A stretch of 9,586 nt of DNA from a virus. Lineage: Duplodnaviria > Heunggongvirae > Uroviricota > Caudoviricetes. The stretch spans positions 1 to 9,586 of the IMG/VR virus record IMGVR_UViG_3300015179_000037. The stretch is one strand, 5' to 3'. Positions 6,402 to 9,586 of this stretch are shown here, piece by piece. Both the position numbers and the translations under genes were made by a program. The stretch's first letter is position 1, and each line of letters opens with the position of its first letter. The notes under the pieces were generated by a model. It saw nothing but the letters and a program-made list of their open reading frames with translations, was not told the DNA's origin and searched no databases.

Positions 6402-7637
6402 TTATTTCTGCCAGGCAAGTTGATAAAGCATGAGTGCCAACGTTTTGACCCCTTCGGCAAGGTCGGTAATATTGGTGCGTTCCGCCGGGTTATGGCTGAT
6501 CCCATTGATGCTGGGAATGAAAATCATGCAGGTTGGTACGCGAGGCGCGAAAATTTGCGCGTCGTGCCCGGCACCACTGTGCATCACCCGGTAATTCAGT
6601 TTTTCGCTTTCACACAATTCTGTCAGGGTGGCGACCAGGTCCTTATTCATCGGCACGGGTTCTTCGTCCATCCATAAATCGATATCAATACCAATGTCCA
6701 TTTCATCGCAAATCGCCCGCATGTCGTTTTCTAACTGCTGAGTGAAATCGCGCAGCACGGCGGCGTCGGTATGACGACAATCAATGGTGAATGTGGTTTT
6801 ACCCGGCACCACATTCACCGTATTCGGGCGCGGCTCCACCTTACCAAAGGTCAGCACCAGCGGGTCGCCCATCTTTTTCGCTTTTTCGATCGACTGATGG
6901 CAAATGCGACTGAAAGCGTAAACTGTATCACGACGGTAACCCATCGGCGTGGTGCCTGCATGGTTTGATTCGCCGTTCAGCGTCACCGTATAGCGACGTT
7001 GCCCGACAATTGCATTCACCACGCCAATTGATTGCCCATTACTTTCCAGCACACAGCCCTGTTCGATATGCAGTTCGACAAAGGCTTTAATATCCTGACG
7101 CGGAGTTAGCGGGGCGTCCGGCAGAGTAAATCCGCAAGCCTTCATCGCATCGACAAAACTATTTCCTTTGGCATCACAGATATTCCGCACGTCGTCAGGA
7201 TTCGCCAGCCCAAAGATATTTTTACTGCCCCAGAAAACATACGGGAAGCGGCTGCCTTCTTCTTCCGCCATCGCCACCACTTCAACCGTACGTAACGGCG
7301 CGCCGTATTGCCTTTTCAACCAGTCAATTGCCAGCCACGCCGCCAGCGCGCCGAATTGCCCGTCGAGGTTACCGCCGTTAACCACGGTATCGATATGCGA
7401 ACCGCTCAGAACCACTTCCTGTGGATATTCGGTGCCACTCAGGCGACCGTATAAATTCCCCACTTCATCGAAACGTGTTTCCAGCCCGCTTGCTGCCATT
7501 CTTTTTTTAAATTGCTGCTGGGTTTCCAGCCATTCCGGCGAATAAAGTAAACGGGTCATCCCACCCGTTGGGTCAGCGCCAAAAGAGGAAAGCCAGGGCA
7601 GCGTTTCTTCTATGGCTTGACGGAAATGTGTAATCAT
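6402..7637 (-). CDS. allC: Allantoate amidohydrolase
   Basis: The translation MITHFRQAIEETLPWLSSFGADP...LMLYQLAWQK matches E. coli AllC as I recall it across its length. The start is the ATG at 7637 with an AGGA RBS; the track start at 7655 is an upstream extension. Confidence 0.93.
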   Translation of the reverse strand: MITHFRQAIEETLPWLSSFGADPTGGMTRLLYSPEWLETQQQFKKRMAASGLETRFDEVGNLYGRLSGTEYPQEVVLSGSHIDTVVNGGNLDGQFGALAAWLAIDWLKRQYGAPLRTVEVVAMAEEEGSRFPYVFWGSKNIFGLANPDDVRNICDAKGNSFVDAMKACGFTLPDAPLTPRQDIKAFVELHIEQGCVLESNGQSIGVVNAIVGQRRYTVTLNGESNHAGTTPMGYRRDTVYAFSRICHQSIEKAKKMGDPLVLTFGKVEPRPNTVNVVPGKTTFTIDCRHTDAAVLRDFTQQLENDMRAICDEMDIGIDIDLWMDEEPVPMNKDLVATLTELCESEKLNYRVMHSGAGHDAQIFAPRVPTCMIFIPSINGISHNPAERTNITDLAEGVKTLALMLYQLAWQK

Positions 7638-7658
7638 AAGAAAGTCCTGTCTCAATAA

Positions 7659-8708
7659 TTATTGCGCAAAGGGATTTTTCGTTTCGTATGACGTGTTATA
7701 AAGCGCGTCGGAAATTAAATACTGGTAAATATCATCAACAATTTCGATGCCTTCGACGGCGGCTTTGCGTTGTTTCATATCCTGATCCTGTCCGGGATAA
7801 TAAACCTGGTTAAAACCGGGCGCGGGGGTTATGGCATTTAATTCGCGCATGGTCTGGCTAAGATGTTGACGGAATAGTTCGCTGGAGGAGAAAAAGTTCG
7901 GATTAATAACGATATGTAATTGCCCCAAATTACGCCCGGCGTGTAAATCGTCATACATCGAACTAACCTGTCGCCCGAACGGTAAGCCGAGTAAGACGCC
8001 TGAGAGGACGTCAATCATCATCATCAGGCCATACCCTTTCGGTCCGGCGGCAGGGAGCAGGGCGTTAACTGCAAATGGATCGGTTGTTGGTGCTCCGTTT
8101 TTATCGACCGCCCAGGTATCCGGGATAGACATATTACGCGAGCGGGCGTCGAGCACTTTTCCCCATGCCTGTACGGTAGTCGCCATATCAAAGGTAAGGA
8201 TCTCGTCGCCTTCTCCCGGCGCGGCAAAGGCCAGTGGGTTAGTACCGTAGTAAATTTCCGCGCCGCCAAACGGCACCACCATTGGATCGGACTGGCACAT
8301 CGAAATGCCAATTAATCCGGCGCGGGCTGCCTGCTGCACAAAATAAGAGATTGCGCCGCTGTGACCCATCCGGCTGATACCGACCACCGCAACGCCATTT
8401 TGCTGGGCGGTTTTGATGGCATGTTCCATACCCATTTTCGCCGCGACCTGTCCGGCGGCATTGTCGGCATGTAAAATTGCCGAGCACGGCCCGGTTTCCT
8501 CAAGACGAAACTCCGGTTCGCGGTTGGTGCCGCCTTTTGAAATGCGTTCTGCGTAGTATTCAACACGCACCGCGCCATGAGAGTGGATCCCTCTGGCATC
8601 GGCGTAAACCAATACTTCAGCCACGGTTGCAGCGTGCTCACGTTTTAACCCAGCCTGGCAGAGTTTATTCTCAATTAGCTGGTGGAGTGTTTCCCGACTG
8701 ATTTTCAT
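7659..8708 (-). CDS. allD: Ureidoglycolate dehydrogenase
   Basis: The 349-aa translation MKISRETLHQLIENKLCQAGLKREHAATVAEVLVYADARGIHSHGAVRVEYY... matches E. coli AllD. An AAGGAAG RBS precedes it, and it lies 21 bp upstream of allC in the same orientation. Confidence 0.93.
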   Translation of the reverse strand: MKISRETLHQLIENKLCQAGLKREHAATVAEVLVYADARGIHSHGAVRVEYYAERISKGGTNREPEFRLEETGPCSAILHADNAAGQVAAKMGMEHAIKTAQQNGVAVVGISRMGHSGAISYFVQQAARAGLIGISMCQSDPMVVPFGGAEIYYGTNPLAFAAPGEGDEILTFDMATTVQAWGKVLDARSRNMSIPDTWAVDKNGAPTTDPFAVNALLPAAGPKGYGLMMMIDVLSGVLLGLPFGRQVSSMYDDLHAGRNLGQLHIVINPNFFSSSELFRQHLSQTMRELNAITPAPGFNQVYYPGQDQDMKQRKAAVEGIEIVDDIYQYLISDALYNTSYETKNPFAQ

Positions 8709-9024
8709 CTGTCTTCCTTTTTAACGACGGTGTGAAGCATGACTGCAATTAACATACAGGGAAAATATCTGGATTATGTGATCCAGACAGGCAAAAAAAT
8801 ATAGTTAGAATTTATTTGATAATCCGCTCACTTTTAACCTGATTTTTAAAACAACCACGCTTATTAAAAAATAATGAGTAATAGCCTGGCGGTTATTTGA
8901 ATTCTTTTGTTAATAATTCCTGTGTGATATTCATCACCTTATTTACTCGTTGTCATCGATACCGTAATCGCCACATTAACACTGCTCGTGCAATTGCCAT
9001 GAGTGCAATTTTTAAGGAGTTGTT
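8709..9024. promoter_or_regulatory. Divergent allD / fdrA intergenic control region
   Basis: An AT-rich 316-bp gap between divergently oriented genes. It contains an inverted repeat TCTGGAT-N6-ATCCAGA at 8768-8787 and a GTGCAATT direct repeat pair (8990-8997 and 9003-9010) just upstream of the fdrA RBS. Confidence 0.5.
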
Positions 9025-9586
9025 ATGATCCACGCCTTTATTAAAAAAGGGTGTTTTCAGGATTCGGTCAGTTTAATGATTATTTCACGAAAACTCAGCG
9101 AATCAGAAAATGTTGATGATGTTTCCGTAATGATGGGTACGCCCGCCAATAAAGCGTTATTAGATACCACAGGTTTCTGGCATGACGATTTTAATAACGC
9201 CACGCCGAACGATATTTGCGTGGCAATTCGTAGCGAAGCGGCGGATGCGGGGATCGCGCAGGCGATTATGCAGCAGCTTGAAGAGGCGCTAAAACAACTG
9301 GCGCAGGGGTCAGGCAGCAGCCAGGCGTTGACGCAGGTGCGTCGCTGGGACAGTGCCTGTCAGAAATTACCCGATGCCAATCTGGCGCTGATTTCAGTGG
9401 CTGGCGAGTATGCGGCGGAGCTGGCAAACCAGGCGCTGGATCGCAACCTCAACGTGATGATGTTCTCCGATAACGTCACGCTGGAAGATGAAATCCAACT
9501 TAAAACCCGCGCGCGGGAAAAAGGCTTGCTGGTGATGGGGCCGGACTGCGGTACGTCGATGATTGCCGGCAGATCGGAAGAGCGTC
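9025..9586 (+). CDS. fdrA: FdrA, 5' partial; runs off the window, and the final 16 nt are probably adapter rather than gene
   Basis: AAGGAG RBS then ATG at 9025; the translation MIHAFIKKGCFQDSVSLMIISRKLSESENVDDVSVMMGTPANKALLDTTGFWHDDF... matches E. coli FdrA as I recall it. Confidence 0.85.
   Translation, partial: MIHAFIKKGCFQDSVSLMIISRKLSESENVDDVSVMMGTPANKALLDTTGFWHDDFNNATPNDICVAIRSEAADAGIAQAIMQQLEEALKQLAQGSGSSQALTQVRRWDSACQKLPDANLALISVAGEYAAELANQALDRNLNVMMFSDNVTLEDEIQLKTRAREKGLLVMGPDCGTSMIAGRSEER
9571..9586. other. Probable Illumina adapter remnant (AGATCGGAAGAGCGTC) at the 3' end of the contig/window
   Basis: An exact 16-nt match to the start of the standard Illumina TruSeq adapter AGATCGGAAGAGCGTCGTGTAGGG..., located exactly at the window end. 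Confidence 0.8.

Noticed and set aside
6420-8701. Plus-strand ORFs antisense to allC (6420-6677, 6533-6745, 6771-6968, 7168-7545), alternative minus-strand frames inside allD (8024-8311, 8239-8487, 8312-8641), and the plus-strand ORF 8477-8701 antisense to allD
   Set aside because: They overlap well-recognised allC and allD coding sequence in other frames or antisense; chance ORFs.

Overview
This window is the right-hand end of a phage-derived island in an Escherichia coli-type chromosome, followed by the allantoin genes allC and allD (minus strand) and the start of fdrA (plus strand). The island part (about 1-6390) is a co-directional, tightly coupled head and packaging module: HK97-family major capsid (C-terminal part only), prohead protease, portal, gp6-like head-tail connector, HNH endonuclease, P27-family small terminase, large terminase, and a 97-aa unknown ORF. 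No tail or lysis genes follow; the module runs into about 640 bp of repeat- and palindrome-rich non-coding DNA and then allC. The gene order is not the canonical HK97 order and matches what I recall of capsid-forming PICI satellites, but the capsid gene looks 5'-truncated at a sharp composition break near position 118, so a decayed or mosaic element is equally possible. The insertion appears to sit inside the 5' end of allE, leaving an orphaned start after allC. The last 16 nt of the window match an Illumina adapter, suggesting an untrimmed contig end. I see no complete recognisable defence system here; the best leads for novelty are the 97-aa ORF plus the structured non-coding region after the large terminase, and the low-GC sequence at the left edge. 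All calls are from reading the sequence and ORF translations; no searches were run.
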